Assembly (NCBI GenBank): GCA_965197475.1
Contig: CBDANF010000002.1
Span: forward strand, 1,312,001 to 1,376,000
Source: Candidatus Poribacteria bacterium
GTDB lineage: Bacteria > Poribacteria > WGA-4E > WGA-3G
Direction: 5' to 3'
DNA: 64,000 nucleotides
Part shown: positions 29,401 to 39,450 of the stretch, in pieces
How the letters are laid out: every line of letters begins with the position of its first letter
Position numbering within the stretch: the stretch's first letter is position 1
The notes under the pieces: generated by a model
What the model saw: the letters and a program-made list of their open reading frames with translations, nothing else
Told to the model about the DNA's origin: nothing
Database searches by the model: none
Program-made: the position numbers and the translations under genes

Positions 29401-29933
29401 TAATTCGAGAGGGTATTGCCGGATGGGAATCCAACCGATCGCGTGTCCTACGACCTGTTTATTTGGGAATATTGGCACAAGCTTATGGACAGGCAGGAAA
29501 AGCTCAAGAAGGACTTCAGACAGTAGAAGAAGCATTAGCCGCTGTTGCTGAAAGTGGTGAACGCGCTAATGAAGCCGAACTCTATAGACTCAAAGGCGAA
29601 CTCCTGCTAAAATCGGACAAAGATGTTCTGTTAACTTGTGCGAATTCGTCTATAAAAACAGATGCGCAAAACAATTGTTCATCTGCACTTCAACGTGAGG
29701 CGGAAACTAATTTTGAGAAAGCGTTGACTATTGCACAACGCCAAGAAGCGAAATCATGGGAACTCCGAACCGCTATCAGTTTTAGCAAACTCATGATAGC
29801 ACAGAATCGACATGATGCCGCGCATAATTTACTTAAACCGATCTATGAGTGGTTCACAGAAGGATTTGAAACTGTTGACCTTGTAGAAGCGCGTGACTTA
29901 TTACAAATCTTAAGTGGAGAAAAAACGGAATGA
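26424..29933 (+). CDS. Class III adenylate/guanylate cyclase with zinc ribbon, AAA ATPase and TPR domains
   Basis: CANCG...KFCGDCG; ERRQLTVLFCDVIDST; YFGDG; NIAARMQ; GEAGIGKSR; EDLHWAD; FKHPLIRE. Confidence 0.9.
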   Translation: MESLTQIRCANCGFMNPAVKFCGDCGRTLDDTNTPLSATPISKAERRQLTVLFCDVIDSTALTEQLDPEDLRQVLDAYRASVAAVVLEYDGHIARYFGDGILVYFGYPSAHEDATRRAVQVALGIVAGLEDLNSRLIETFGIQIQVRLSIDTGLVVVWEVGIPTGKPGDHLSSLERYHGDAIDIVGKTPNIAARMQQVAPPNGIVIGDTTLRLIEGFFTHKDLGTLALKGISQPVPIYQILGEHPDSALPAFRREQATLPLQSNVTPLIGRTRQVSTLKTRWKHAAASSGQVILIEGEAGIGKSRIVTVIAEQAAEVDAQILECRGSPDSQNSPLYPILSLLRQQLFRFGEMDTGNTRLKKLEQFLNTHEFSLNLLPLLAELLEIDGDYRTLELKPEQRRRRTLQALVQIFLKTAQRKSLLLIAEDLHWADPSTLEFLHLLISRIETAPILAILTSRAEMGVNQDSTQAEGRAKLKTLAELKWVTQMPLKRLNRRQVSQMIAEVAGDHQIPPDVSKQIAAKTEGVPLFVEELTRMALESDLPNIDVSTEIPATLQASLTARLDRLGSRKELVQLGATLGRDWTAELLHKVIVSMTEEPDAGEFLAHPDQFAAFRPLLDQKDNLTWLEKELQQLVEAEILRCRQTHENKLIYTFKHPLIRETAYQALLKSTRHAYHRRIATVLRKSFGDVVRAQPELVAYHYTEGELPERAIEFWQQAGQRAVERSANVEGVRHLTQGLTLLETFPETSARAARELVIQTTLGPALIATMGYAALEVEKTYTRAKALLETMPNNERMPLRFPILFGLWLTYLVQAKLQTARELGEQCLVMAQQQANTVLEVEAHRALGATLFYLGELKMARAHVEAGISRYNPHQHPVHAFFHYLADPGMTLHAYAAPLVWCLGYPEQAVAQLQASQQMGEERPHPFSQVVSLHFGALLYQLRRDGDKVNAYATELLAICKEHGFSVWEPTGRIMKGWALQQNSEGTHEEEIALIREGIAGWESNRSRVLRPVYLGILAQAYGQAGKAQEGLQTVEEALAAVAESGERANEAELYRLKGELLLKSDKDVLLTCANSSIKTDAQNNCSSALQREAETNFEKALTIAQRQEAKSWELRTAISFSKLMIAQNRHDAAHNLLKPIYEWFTEGFETVDLVEARDLLQILSGEKTE

Positions 29934-30790
29934 GACTTGGTATCGTTGGCATGTGCAGCGATTTCCGAACGCTGAATCAGGAAGAGATAGAAGCGATACA
30001 GAAATTGCAGTTTACTGGAGTGAGTTACCATTTCGCAAGTTCAAATATTCCGCTTGTTTCTCCAGATGAATGTACGCGATGTCGTTTTCTCCTTGAAAAA
30101 GCACAACTTGATCTGGTACAATTTGGTATCACTTATGGAGAGTGTCTATTTGATCCGCGTCCCTCAGGACGTGAAGCATCAATTGAGGCAGTGAATTGTG
30201 GGATGCCAGTGGCGCGTGAACTTGGCGCATTTTTCTACCTATTCCGACCAGGCAGTCTAAATCCGGACGGGGCATGGACATCCCATAGAGACAATCATCT
30301 GCCTGAATCGATGGAACGATTAATTGAAACGCTGAAACCCATCGCTGAAAATGCTGAACGCGAAGGTCTCACACTTGTGATGGAAACACACGCGATTTCT
30401 ATTATGGATTCGCCTGAGACATGTAGAGAAGTTGTTGAAAAAGTTGGTTCCGACCGGCTCCGCATCGTTATGGATTTTGTAAACCATTTTCAATCCCTGC
30501 GTCAGGTTTATGAAAGCGAAGCGAGACTCAACCATATTTTTGATGTGATGGGACCGATTGCACCTATGGCACATATTAAGGACATTCGTGTTGAAAATGG
30601 GTTAGTTTTACACCTTAATGAGGAAGTGCCCGGCGAGGGAGAATTAGAGTTAAGCGTGGCTTTAAAGCTGTTTGACGCTCTCCATCCGAATGGCTACGGG
30701 TTAATAGAACATCTGCCGTTGGAGAAAATTCCGCTTGCCAATACAAATGTCCGCAAAATTGCGGCTGAAAATGGGGTTAATATCTATTAA
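29930..30790 (+). CDS. Sugar phosphate isomerase/epimerase (xylose isomerase-like TIM barrel)
   Basis: LVMETH; MDFVN; HIKD; PGEG; IEH. Confidence 0.85.
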   Translation: MRLGIVGMCSDFRTLNQEEIEAIQKLQFTGVSYHFASSNIPLVSPDECTRCRFLLEKAQLDLVQFGITYGECLFDPRPSGREASIEAVNCGMPVARELGAFFYLFRPGSLNPDGAWTSHRDNHLPESMERLIETLKPIAENAEREGLTLVMETHAISIMDSPETCREVVEKVGSDRLRIVMDFVNHFQSLRQVYESEARLNHIFDVMGPIAPMAHIKDIRVENGLVLHLNEEVPGEGELELSVALKLFDALHPNGYGLIEHLPLEKIPLANTNVRKIAAENGVNIY

Positions 30791-30806
30791 TTGGAGGATT
30801 CGCATC

Positions 30807-33194
30807 ATGTTAAAGAAAAGACAAATAATATTGCTAATTCTCGTTTTAGGGATGATGTTTGCAGCTTACTCAGCGATAGGTCAGGAGGAAAATATCGTCG
30901 AAGAGTTGCAGGGTGGTGCCAAAAGTTTTTGGGATAGGATTAAGCTGCCCGTTATTGCCGCCGTTTTGATGTTTGTTTTCCAGGGTATTATTTATATTAT
31001 CGGCTTGTTTAAGAAAGACAGACTACTTAAAACAATTATGAACAAGTACGTAGTCTTTGATATGCAAGAAGGTCCACGCTACCAAGGCACGATGCGCTTC
31101 GGGAATAAAGGAACGGAAATTGTTTCCGAAGAATCCCGGCAACGCGGACAAGCACCAAGTTACATTTTCCCCAGTGACGAGCTGCAGAAGAAAGTTAGAG
31201 GGTATATCCGATACATTGACACGATGAATGAACGCGAAAGACGTGAGCGCGCGTGGGAACTTGAACGACTGCTTAATCCACCGTTATCTCAACGAATGGT
31301 CCGAAAAATCAGAAATATATTCTTTGCTCTGAATGAGGCAGTCAAAAACGCTATTAATATGGTATGGGGTGGAATCAGACGAGCAGCGAACCCTTTGCAA
31401 CAACAGATGAAACGTCTTGATACTGCTACCTCAGAACTTGGCGGGCAAAGCGGAGCAGGCGCAATGTCGTCAGCAATGGGTCAGATGGAAAGCGAATCTA
31501 AAGCATTCTTGAAGGAAGAAAGTTATGATAGTATCGTTGAACGACTTGTAGGAACACGTGTCAAAATTAGAGTAAAGGGTTCAGGCGAATATATGGCACT
31601 ACTCAAAGATTACAATAAAGAACACATGTCGTTCATGAATGTAAAAGATAAGAATAATAACGGTTACAAAGATCAATGGGGTTACGAGCACGAATACAAA
31701 CACGATATCAACAACTTTAATCGACGCGATGATCGAGGACTCAGATGTCGCATGGTAGAGGATGATAGTAAATACTTTTTAGTCTTCGAAAATAATACTG
31801 CTTATGCTATTCAGATTGGCAAGATCACGTTACATGATGGATCACCGGCATGGGATAGGAATCTTGAATTTAAGTGGCACATTGAACCACTCAGCGTCAG
31901 GAGAATCCGCCTCAATCCAGTATCACAACATAAAGTGGCTCCTTTCGATCGAGTCTCAATCCCTGAACATAGGACTCCAAGAAACTTTAAGAAGATAAAA
32001 CTCGAATTCCGATCTTTTCGGGATGCGGATGTTATTTTTCCGCGTAACGTTTGTACCATTATCGAAAGTGCTGAAAAACATCAACAGGAATTGTTCAGTA
32101 TATCTTCCTTGACAGATGCGATTCTTGACCGCAGTGAGACTGAAGAAATCGCCATTCAGGACGCACAAGGACGACCAATTCACGGTATGAACCTCGTCCA
32201 TGGCTACGTCACCAACGTCAATGAAGAACGGATTGACCTGAAAACCGTTGATTCGAGTTATAGCCGACGTTGGGAGGTCGAAAGCGCGTATACGCATTTT
32301 GATAATACTTTACGCCACCGAGTTCCTATTCATCGGAGGATGATACCATTTTTCGCGAACCGTCTTGTTACACAAAACGCACTTGTTGAACAGATAAGAG
32401 AGAACCCACTCCAGCAAGAAGCACTATCCCAGTTAGCATATCCTAATTCTGTGAAAAGACGGTTGCGAATTCCATTGCTGAAGAAATTGCCTTCAAATGT
32501 TGATATCCCTCTGCCTCTCAAGGTGATGGCACTCACGGGCAACAATACTGATGAAGAATTCCCGATCCTTGAACGTTTTGAATACGTTCATGAACACCAC
32601 ATGCTTTATGAATCTGTCAACAACTTACGAAATGACCGACTCGCCAAAATGGACATATTATGGATAGGAAACGGCGAAATTTACAAGGCAGGCTACCGCC
32701 TTAATATTGACACTGAACACCGTATCAAAAATTTCGTCAGTCAAGGGGGCGTTGTCATCGTTTCGGGGCAGGATGTGAAGGCAAACTACAGACAGAGACG
32801 AGGCGCAGGATGGATTCCCGAACCGCTGACAGGTGTAGAATATGATGAAACGGATGAACTCTTACCAACTGGTCAAGGAAGAAGGAGTCGCGTCTTTCAT
32901 ACCCCCAATGTGCTTAACACCACACCAGACACTAAAGAGATTCCCTTAGTTCAACTTGACGATATGTGGGTAGATCCGCTCGGTAAATGGAATTCACTTG
33001 CGAAATCTACCGCGCAAGATGCCTCAGCCTTGCTCACACTTCCGTTTCAGCAAGGGTTATATATTGTCACAAGTTTGAAGAATGAAACACAGAGAGACGT
33101 GGAAATAAACAATAAATTGATGGAGAATTTGCTACACTTTTCTGTTAAGTGGCTGGACAACCAGAAATGGAAGCAACGTATTTGGGGTCAATAA
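30807..33194 (+). CDS. Large membrane-anchored hypothetical protein with C-terminal class I glutamine amidotransferase-like fold
   Basis: SD GGAGG; signal peptide plus TM; C-terminal DILWIG...IKNFVSQGGVVIVSGQ. Confidence 0.7.
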   Translation: MLKKRQIILLILVLGMMFAAYSAIGQEENIVEELQGGAKSFWDRIKLPVIAAVLMFVFQGIIYIIGLFKKDRLLKTIMNKYVVFDMQEGPRYQGTMRFGNKGTEIVSEESRQRGQAPSYIFPSDELQKKVRGYIRYIDTMNERERRERAWELERLLNPPLSQRMVRKIRNIFFALNEAVKNAINMVWGGIRRAANPLQQQMKRLDTATSELGGQSGAGAMSSAMGQMESESKAFLKEESYDSIVERLVGTRVKIRVKGSGEYMALLKDYNKEHMSFMNVKDKNNNGYKDQWGYEHEYKHDINNFNRRDDRGLRCRMVEDDSKYFLVFENNTAYAIQIGKITLHDGSPAWDRNLEFKWHIEPLSVRRIRLNPVSQHKVAPFDRVSIPEHRTPRNFKKIKLEFRSFRDADVIFPRNVCTIIESAEKHQQELFSISSLTDAILDRSETEEIAIQDAQGRPIHGMNLVHGYVTNVNEERIDLKTVDSSYSRRWEVESAYTHFDNTLRHRVPIHRRMIPFFANRLVTQNALVEQIRENPLQQEALSQLAYPNSVKRRLRIPLLKKLPSNVDIPLPLKVMALTGNNTDEEFPILERFEYVHEHHMLYESVNNLRNDRLAKMDILWIGNGEIYKAGYRLNIDTEHRIKNFVSQGGVVIVSGQDVKANYRQRRGAGWIPEPLTGVEYDETDELLPTGQGRRSRVFHTPNVLNTTPDTKEIPLVQLDDMWVDPLGKWNSLAKSTAQDASALLTLPFQQGLYIVTSLKNETQRDVEINNKLMENLLHFSVKWLDNQKWKQRIWGQ

Positions 33195-33239
33195 ATTTCA
33201 ATATGGTAGTTTTGCATTAGAATTTTTTATAGTGAAATG

Positions 33240-33290
33240 CGAGAGACGTTATTAGGTTCGCGAACCTATCTAACCGGATAACGTCTCTCG
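33240..33290. terminator. Bidirectional hairpin between convergent genes
   Basis: CGAGAGACGTTAT...ATAACGTCTCTCG. Confidence 0.65.
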
Positions 33291-33301
33291 TATTTTAATT
33301 T

Positions 33302-36300
33302 TTATTCTTTTTCCTTTTTATTACCTGCTTTTACCTGAGAGTTCTGTTTATCTGCTGTTTCTGAAGGTTTTTGCTTATCTGATGGTTTTACAGCGGTTGG
33401 CCCATTCCCGTTTTCCGCCGCCTTTACTGCTTTTCTAAGATCTTCTAAGGCTTTCGCAAGTACTTCAAAACGTTCTGCAAGAGTAGGTTCTTTTTCTCCG
33501 TTTGTTGTTTCATCGGTGTTCAATGTATCAGTTTTCTGTCCGACATCAACTGCTTTTATTACTGCCTCAGAAAATATAGGATCTGAAGCGAGAGTGTCGT
33601 TCGCTACAACTACAACCTGTTTAAACGTCGGACGTTTTATTTCCATATCTTCTTCTTTTTCTCCCTTTTTGCCTGTATCTGGCTTTTGATAGATTGCTTC
33701 AACGTGAAAAATACCGTCTTCAAGGGGAATTGAGTGCAAACTTGAACGCATAATAACATTCCCTGTTGACAATTCGAGGAACTTATTGGATAGTCCACCT
33801 GTAATTAGAGCTTCTACGTGCTTAGGACCTTTGACTTCGGGGGTATTGTTAAGCGTATAGACAATCCGTTCACCGTAATGAAGTGGATCACACCGTGCGA
33901 CTAACCATGCCTTCATATCAAATTCCTTTATCGGAGGAGTAAATGGAATCATGTTGACAAATTCCATGTGTGTTTCGCCAGGCAATCTGATCATAGCATA
34001 ATACGGCATCATCTCCTGATCATCCTTCCATACTATGCGTCCCTCCTCTCTCTTTCCGTCACCATATACCTCTTTAGGAATTTTCAGCTGCTTGCTTTTT
34101 CCGTCAAAAGTTTTGGCCTTCTCAACGTGATAGTCCTTATACATCTTAGCTTGAATGCGCGTTAGATAGTCTGGAAATCGGAGATGTGCGCGTAACCCTG
34201 GAGGCATTTCGTCAAACCCTTTAAATAGGTTCGGAAAGGCTTTTTGGTACGCATCCATAATTGCTTCATTGGCTTTAACGGCATAAAAATTTACCTCACC
34301 TGAATAAGCGTTAACGGCTGCTATACCGGAATTTCGAATGTAATTGAATTTCTCAAATTGGCGTTCGGCATCCTGGAAGTTATCTGGCACCTGGGCTGTG
34401 TCATCTTCATAGAATTGTGCATTCGGGTACCACTTACTCGTGATATAGAAGTCTACTATCCACCAGAGTTGTCCATTGTCAATAACAATATAAGGATCTG
34501 GATCGTAATCAAGGAACGGTGCAATATGCGAAAGTCGGTCAGATACAACCTTTTGCCCACGCCGTGTTCCAATCTTTCGCCAGAACATGATGCGACTATC
34601 CGGTAATAGAACAGCATTTTTATTATAGAGAATCTGCAAATCGAGAAATCGAATTGAAAAACAGAGGCGTCTGAACCATCCACTTAACTGAACGCCACCT
34701 ATTCCTTGATAATGATATCCTTCGTTTTCGTCTATTTCAGTTGTAGTTTGTGTTTCTTCCTCAGTTTGTGTTTCTTCCTCAGTTTGTGTTTCTTCCTCAG
34801 TTTGTGTTTCTTCCTCAGGGATTACCTCTGAAACTTCGGATTCAAAGTCATACTCACTTACTGTTGTGTTAACGAAGACATAGTCGTTCGTCATCTCACC
34901 ATAGTAAATCCTTGGGTGTGTCACCTCTAATTCTGGATAAGTAAAACTTGTCTCATTTTTTAATTTTTGGGGGTTCAACTTAACTTCTGTCCAGAATACC
35001 GGTGACTCCTTCTCATCAACAGCATTGACTGGGACAACATACACGCCATACCCATGCGTATAGACAAGTTTCCTTCTTCGCCAATTTCCAGTAATTCCCA
35101 AAACATCAGGATCTGGTTCAATTTCTCGTGCTGCAATTAGTACTTGTCTGTACTGTTCAGTAGATTCGGATTTTTCATTATCATCTTCTCCAGAAGTATC
35201 GGAGGCACTACTGACATAATACCGATCAATATCGGTATACGGATAAAAATTATGGTGCTTCACAAGATGTTCTGCCCGAAGGACATCATAAAGCACACGT
35301 CGATCCCAAAGCTGAACATTTTCCAGTACCTCTCTATTTTCCTTTTTATTCACTAACTCCAAAGTTGCAGGACCTGCGGTGTAGTTTTTTTTCTTAATAG
35401 AGTCTAAATCAAAAGCGGTTCGCGTGGATTTAATGTGCTTCTCTAAGTAAATACCTTCTACTTCAAGTACATCAGATTGGACATTCACAAAGTGTGATAC
35501 ACGCGGGTAAACGTGTAAAAGTGAAACATAACTTATGCACCATACTGCTATTGCGGCATACCATAGGATTCGTTTTCGCCAGAACACGTTAACTATAATT
35601 ACTATACCAATTGCCAAAAGGATTCCATAATAGAATAGTGTTGAACCTGCTAATTGGACATCTAAATAGAACATTCCACTCAATTTATTAAGGGTAGGGG
35701 TGGCAGATTTCGTGTATACCTTACCCCATAAATTCACATTACCTCGCCATATCTCCACTGCCAACAATACAAGCCACAAAACTGAACCGTGGAATACAAT
35801 ATTTCTTTTCACATAACCCTTAGAACGCGCATCACGACGATAGTAGAAATTATAAAGTAAACCCACAACTCCACAAGTTGATAATAGCAATATTTGTACC
35901 CAGAGACTAACCGCTTTATGCATAGGGAAGGAAAAAAGAAAAAAATTTAGATCTTTCCCAAACAGAATAGGTTCTACAATGTCAGTAGGACGTTCCAAAT
36001 AACGAAAAAAGGTATCCTGTAGAGGCATCATTGGAATAGCAAGAAGAATAGCAAGAACCACTGTGCCGCAAAAGAAAGCGCGATGAAACGAGACAGTACG
36101 CTCATGCGTCCATCGAGCAAATTCTCGCGGTTCCGGGCAAAGTCGATTAGCAATTACAGCATTGACATTCATGAATGCTAATGCGACGAAGAAAAATCCT
36201 GCAAAGATACCCCATCGCATCTTCCGAATTTTCCAAAAGACATCAGCATAATTTACGCTTGCAAACCATAGGTGTTCCGTAAAGAGATAGGCAAACGGAA

Positions 36301-36475
36301 ACATGCTGCTCAGCAGTGCGACACCGCCTATCCCCCAAAGCAGATATGCCTGGATTTTCAACGTAAGTTTCCTATACCAAATACCTTTCCGATATCGGAA
36401 GATACCCCATACCAGCGTGATCGTGATGATAAAAACATTGAAAAGTAACCATGCAATGGCCAGATCTGGTGTCAT
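33302..36475 (-). CDS. UPF0182 family membrane protein
   Basis: TEHLWF; DPI/EPILFGKDLNFFLF; QLWD; DIDRY; AAREI; YTHGYG; PRIYYGE; IAPFLDYDPDPY; NYIRNS. Confidence 0.9.
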   Translation of the reverse strand: MTPDLAIAWLLFNVFIITITLVWGIFRYRKGIWYRKLTLKIQAYLLWGIGGVALLSSMFPFAYLFTEHLWFASVNYADVFWKIRKMRWGIFAGFFFVALAFMNVNAVIANRLCPEPREFARWTHERTVSFHRAFFCGTVVLAILLAIPMMPLQDTFFRYLERPTDIVEPILFGKDLNFFLFSFPMHKAVSLWVQILLLSTCGVVGLLYNFYYRRDARSKGYVKRNIVFHGSVLWLVLLAVEIWRGNVNLWGKVYTKSATPTLNKLSGMFYLDVQLAGSTLFYYGILLAIGIVIIVNVFWRKRILWYAAIAVWCISYVSLLHVYPRVSHFVNVQSDVLEVEGIYLEKHIKSTRTAFDLDSIKKKNYTAGPATLELVNKKENREVLENVQLWDRRVLYDVLRAEHLVKHHNFYPYTDIDRYYVSSASDTSGEDDNEKSESTEQYRQVLIAAREIEPDPDVLGITGNWRRRKLVYTHGYGVYVVPVNAVDEKESPVFWTEVKLNPQKLKNETSFTYPELEVTHPRIYYGEMTNDYVFVNTTVSEYDFESEVSEVIPEEETQTEEETQTEEETQTEEETQTTTEIDENEGYHYQGIGGVQLSGWFRRLCFSIRFLDLQILYNKNAVLLPDSRIMFWRKIGTRRGQKVVSDRLSHIAPFLDYDPDPYIVIDNGQLWWIVDFYITSKWYPNAQFYEDDTAQVPDNFQDAERQFEKFNYIRNSGIAAVNAYSGEVNFYAVKANEAIMDAYQKAFPNLFKGFDEMPPGLRAHLRFPDYLTRIQAKMYKDYHVEKAKTFDGKSKQLKIPKEVYGDGKREEGRIVWKDDQEMMPYYAMIRLPGETHMEFVNMIPFTPPIKEFDMKAWLVARCDPLHYGERIVYTLNNTPEVKGPKHVEALITGGLSNKFLELSTGNVIMRSSLHSIPLEDGIFHVEAIYQKPDTGKKGEKEEDMEIKRPTFKQVVVVANDTLASDPIFSEAVIKAVDVGQKTDTLNTDETTNGEKEPTLAERFEVLAKALEDLRKAVKAAENGNGPTAVKPSDKQKPSETADKQNSQVKAGNKKEKE
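34745..34816 (-). repeat. 18-bp tandem repeat x4 encoding EEETQT
   Basis: AGTTTGTGTTTCTTCCTC repeated perfectly four times. Confidence 0.95.
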
Positions 36476-36808
36476 AAGAAATACCTCATTTAGTTTCGGT
36501 AGGGGAGTAGTCTAAAGCAGCTAAGCAAATGGTAACCTCTGATTTTATGCCGTAGACCGCTTGTACACATCGCAGTGCTGGGCAATGTTTTTATATAGAA
36601 TACCATCATTTTTATGCCGATGTCAAGGCAATCACAAAAGTTGTTATTGCGAACATTAATCTCTGAATACATGTTTTCAGGCATAGCAGTAAATCCTTCT
36701 GAAAATTAAGTTTCTCATTTTTTAAATTTTTGCTATAATGAGGAAAGTTGCAAGATGGACTTGCAAGTTACGACTCATACTCACCCATAATAAGCAAGGA
36801 GGCTTGTT

Positions 36809-37267
36809 ATGTTCGGAAGGAAAAAAAGAATGACAGGAATGATTCCGACAATTAGTTCTGGGGTCGCAGGTCCCCTCGGCGTGTTACATCTCCCTCGATT
36901 TTGGTCTAAAGTATTGATGGATGCCAAGGGTGTCCTTCACGAAGACTACCCCGCATGCGGAATGGGGTATGATCAGATGGTGTTAGACGCACTTGGACTT
37001 GATAAGGACGCAACGCTAGCATATATCAGTGACAACTCACCTACCTACCCGCAATTTGAAGCATGGGTTTTAGAGCAGAGCGGTGGTAGTCTTGATACTG
37101 ATGCAGTCGCTAAGTTGAATGCTGATATTGAAGGTTATCATCATGATGACGATACCCGCACAAGCATTCTTGGCGCGAGCGGAATCGAAGACGACGGCAC
37201 TATTTTAGATGCTGTCAACCTCAACAACCTTGATGACTGGTATGAACTTCACGCCAGTTTAGGTTAG
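36809..37267 (+). CDS. DUF5069-like protein
   Basis: SD AAGGAGG; GPLGVLHLPRFWSK; PTYPQFEAWV; NNLDDW. Confidence 0.7.
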   Translation: MFGRKKRMTGMIPTISSGVAGPLGVLHLPRFWSKVLMDAKGVLHEDYPACGMGYDQMVLDALGLDKDATLAYISDNSPTYPQFEAWVLEQSGGSLDTDAVAKLNADIEGYHHDDDTRTSILGASGIEDDGTILDAVNLNNLDDWYELHASLG

Positions 37268-37336
37268 ACGTTTAGGCATCTCCATGTAGGGCGTGATGAA
37301 CACGTCCACATTGAGATGCCTATTTTGTCTTAATGG

Positions 37337-38395
37337 TTACTTGTCCGCTTCCGTCGTTAATTCGATTGCGCTACCCGTTTCAGAGGATTTGAGACCCGCA
37401 AGCAGGATTTCAGTTACATGCCGTGCCGTGTAGACATTTGAGAGCGGCGGTTGTGTTCCCGCTCGAATATGTTCGGCGAAATGGGCGTGCATACCGCTCG
37501 GTGCAACATCGCTGCAGTCAATCGCTTTGGTATCAACGGGAGCATGTTCGCGGGTATAAGAGGTAGGTGTCCATTGCGTAAGCGCAGCACCATCTCTACC
37601 GGGCATGGTGAACTTGCCAGCAGTGCCGTGGACACTTGATTCGCCCGTTCGCGCAGGATCACACCAACTTGTTTCAGCGGTGACAATGCCTCCCGATTGC
37701 ATCTCAAGCACGAGCGTTGCAACGTCTTCTAACTCTGTCGGTTTGTCAAAAGTAGAGACGAAGCCTGTTACGCGTTTAAAGGTTCCGAGCATCGCGACAA
37801 GTCCGGAAACTGCATAAACTCCCATATCAAAAAGCGCACCAACGCTCGCTTGTTTAGCGTCAAAAAACCATAAATCGTCTCCAGATTCGCCGAAAATATC
37901 GCGGATTTCAGCATAGTAAATCTCGGGACCGCCATGGCTACTACGCATTCTCGCACCTGACACACGTCCAATCGCATTTTCAGCAATGAGTTGGCGAACT
38001 TTATAGATACCCGCACTGAAATGTGGAAGACACATCACTGTTTTGGCACTCGCTTCAGCAGCATTGACAAATTGATTAGCTTCATCCATATCACCGCAGA
38101 GCGGTTTTTGCATCAACACATGCTTCCCTGCTTCCAATGCTTTAACGCCCCAAGGCACATGCAAGGGATGCGGGGTGCCAATAACGATAGCGTCAAGTGT
38201 GTCGTCTGCTATAATCGCATCGTAATCCTGGGTCCAGCGCGGAATATCGAATTCTTGACACTGATGTTTAAGACGGTGTTCACGTCTGCCCCCAATCACA
38301 ACGACTTCAAAATCGTCTCCTCTTGTCAAATCAGGTAGATGCATTCGGCAGACGATACCACCAGCACCAATAACGCCGAGTTTTAGTTTATCCAT
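37337..38395 (-). CDS. Gfo/Idh/MocA family oxidoreductase
   Basis: GVIGAGGI; TPHPLH; GKHVLMQKP; GALFDMGVY. Confidence 0.9.
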   Translation of the reverse strand: MDKLKLGVIGAGGIVCRMHLPDLTRGDDFEVVVIGGRREHRLKHQCQEFDIPRWTQDYDAIIADDTLDAIVIGTPHPLHVPWGVKALEAGKHVLMQKPLCGDMDEANQFVNAAEASAKTVMCLPHFSAGIYKVRQLIAENAIGRVSGARMRSSHGGPEIYYAEIRDIFGESGDDLWFFDAKQASVGALFDMGVYAVSGLVAMLGTFKRVTGFVSTFDKPTELEDVATLVLEMQSGGIVTAETSWCDPARTGESSVHGTAGKFTMPGRDGAALTQWTPTSYTREHAPVDTKAIDCSDVAPSGMHAHFAEHIRAGTQPPLSNVYTARHVTEILLAGLKSSETGSAIELTTEADK

Positions 38396-38435
38396 GATTC
38401 TAAATAATTCCTTATAATGAAAATAATCCCTTAAA

Positions 38436-38945
38436 ATGAAACAGTTACGAAATACAGCACTTAAACACTTTTTACAACAGTCTGGTTCTCCATCGATTGA
38501 TCTCGTTTTTGTTCTTCAAGACGTTGAAGATCCGGTTAACGTCGGGGCAACCTTCAGGATTGCCGATGCGTGCGGCGTTCGCGAGATTGTATTAGCTGGT
38601 ATTAGCGCGCATCCACCGAACCCGATGATCGCAGGTATCGGGCGCGGCACACATCGCCGAGTTCCATGGCACACAACAAAATATGCTGCTGATGCCATTA
38701 AAAAATATAAAGAAGATGGTTATCTCGCGTGTGCCTTAGAGGTAGCATCGGATGCTGTGCCTTATCATACAGTTGAATATCCTGAAAAAGTATGCTTGAT
38801 TGTCGGAAACGAGTATCGCGGCATTTCCCGACGAACTTTTGATGTCTGCGATACGGCAATCTATCTTCCAATGTACGGTAAAGTTGGTTCTTTGAATGTC
38901 CACGTCGCACTCGCTGTTGCTACATACCATATTTTACATAAATGA
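38436..38945 (+). CDS. TrmH/SpoU family RNA methyltransferase
   Basis: DPVNVGATFRIADA; IVGNEYRGI; LPMYGKVGSLNV. Confidence 0.9.
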   Translation: MKQLRNTALKHFLQQSGSPSIDLVFVLQDVEDPVNVGATFRIADACGVREIVLAGISAHPPNPMIAGIGRGTHRRVPWHTTKYAADAIKKYKEDGYLACALEVASDAVPYHTVEYPEKVCLIVGNEYRGISRRTFDVCDTAIYLPMYGKVGSLNVHVALAVATYHILHK

Positions 38946-39127
38946 GAACATACGCAGTATCTATTTTATGTCAAGTGTTATTGCGTAAGTCCCAGGGACA
39001 TTCAATTCTCCAGTAGTTGCAACCTTCTGATCAAGGTCACTCCTCTGTCCGAGCAACCTCCCGGTCGCGACTAGACGGCTAAAACGCACAAAAAACCGAA
39101 AACTGAATGGCTCTGCGTAAGCCCTGA
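38944..39127. mobile_element. Degenerate or nested MITE remnants with TGCGTAAG(T/C)CC termini and REP-like palindromes
   Basis: AGAACATACGCA...TGCGTAAGTCCCAG and a second TGCGTAAGCCCTG end near 39114-39127. Confidence 0.45.
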
Positions 39128-39171
39128 TTATAAAAAACAGCATAGATGTTTTTACTTTACTGCTTCAGAAT

Positions 39172-39450
39172 CTATTTTAAAGGATTTGGTACATCCAAAG
39201 GACTCCAAATGCCTTTTTCTTCTTCTATTTTCTGCATCAGATCTCTATATGCTGTGATCGCTTCATTCTCCTCCGAATATCTTGCTATGTTTACTCTTCT
39301 AATCTTGTCATTCTGTATTGGAACTAATGCAATGAGTGAAAAATAATCACTGTCAGTCGCAACAAGTATTTGCAAACACATATCAATATTAATTGCAGAG
39401 ACAACTGCATTATATTTTGTATCTTCTAAATCTGTTATAAACATTCTCAA
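39172..39450 (-). CDS. Small hypothetical protein, paralog of 17303..17527
   Basis: SD AGGAG; promoter TTGACT-17-CATAAT (39581-39553); shared C-terminal pattern. Confidence 0.7.
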   Translation of the reverse strand: MRMFITDLEDTKYNAVVSAINIDMCLQILVATDSDYFSLIALVPIQNDKIRRVNIARYSEENEAITAYRDLMQKIEEEKGIWSPLDVPNPLK

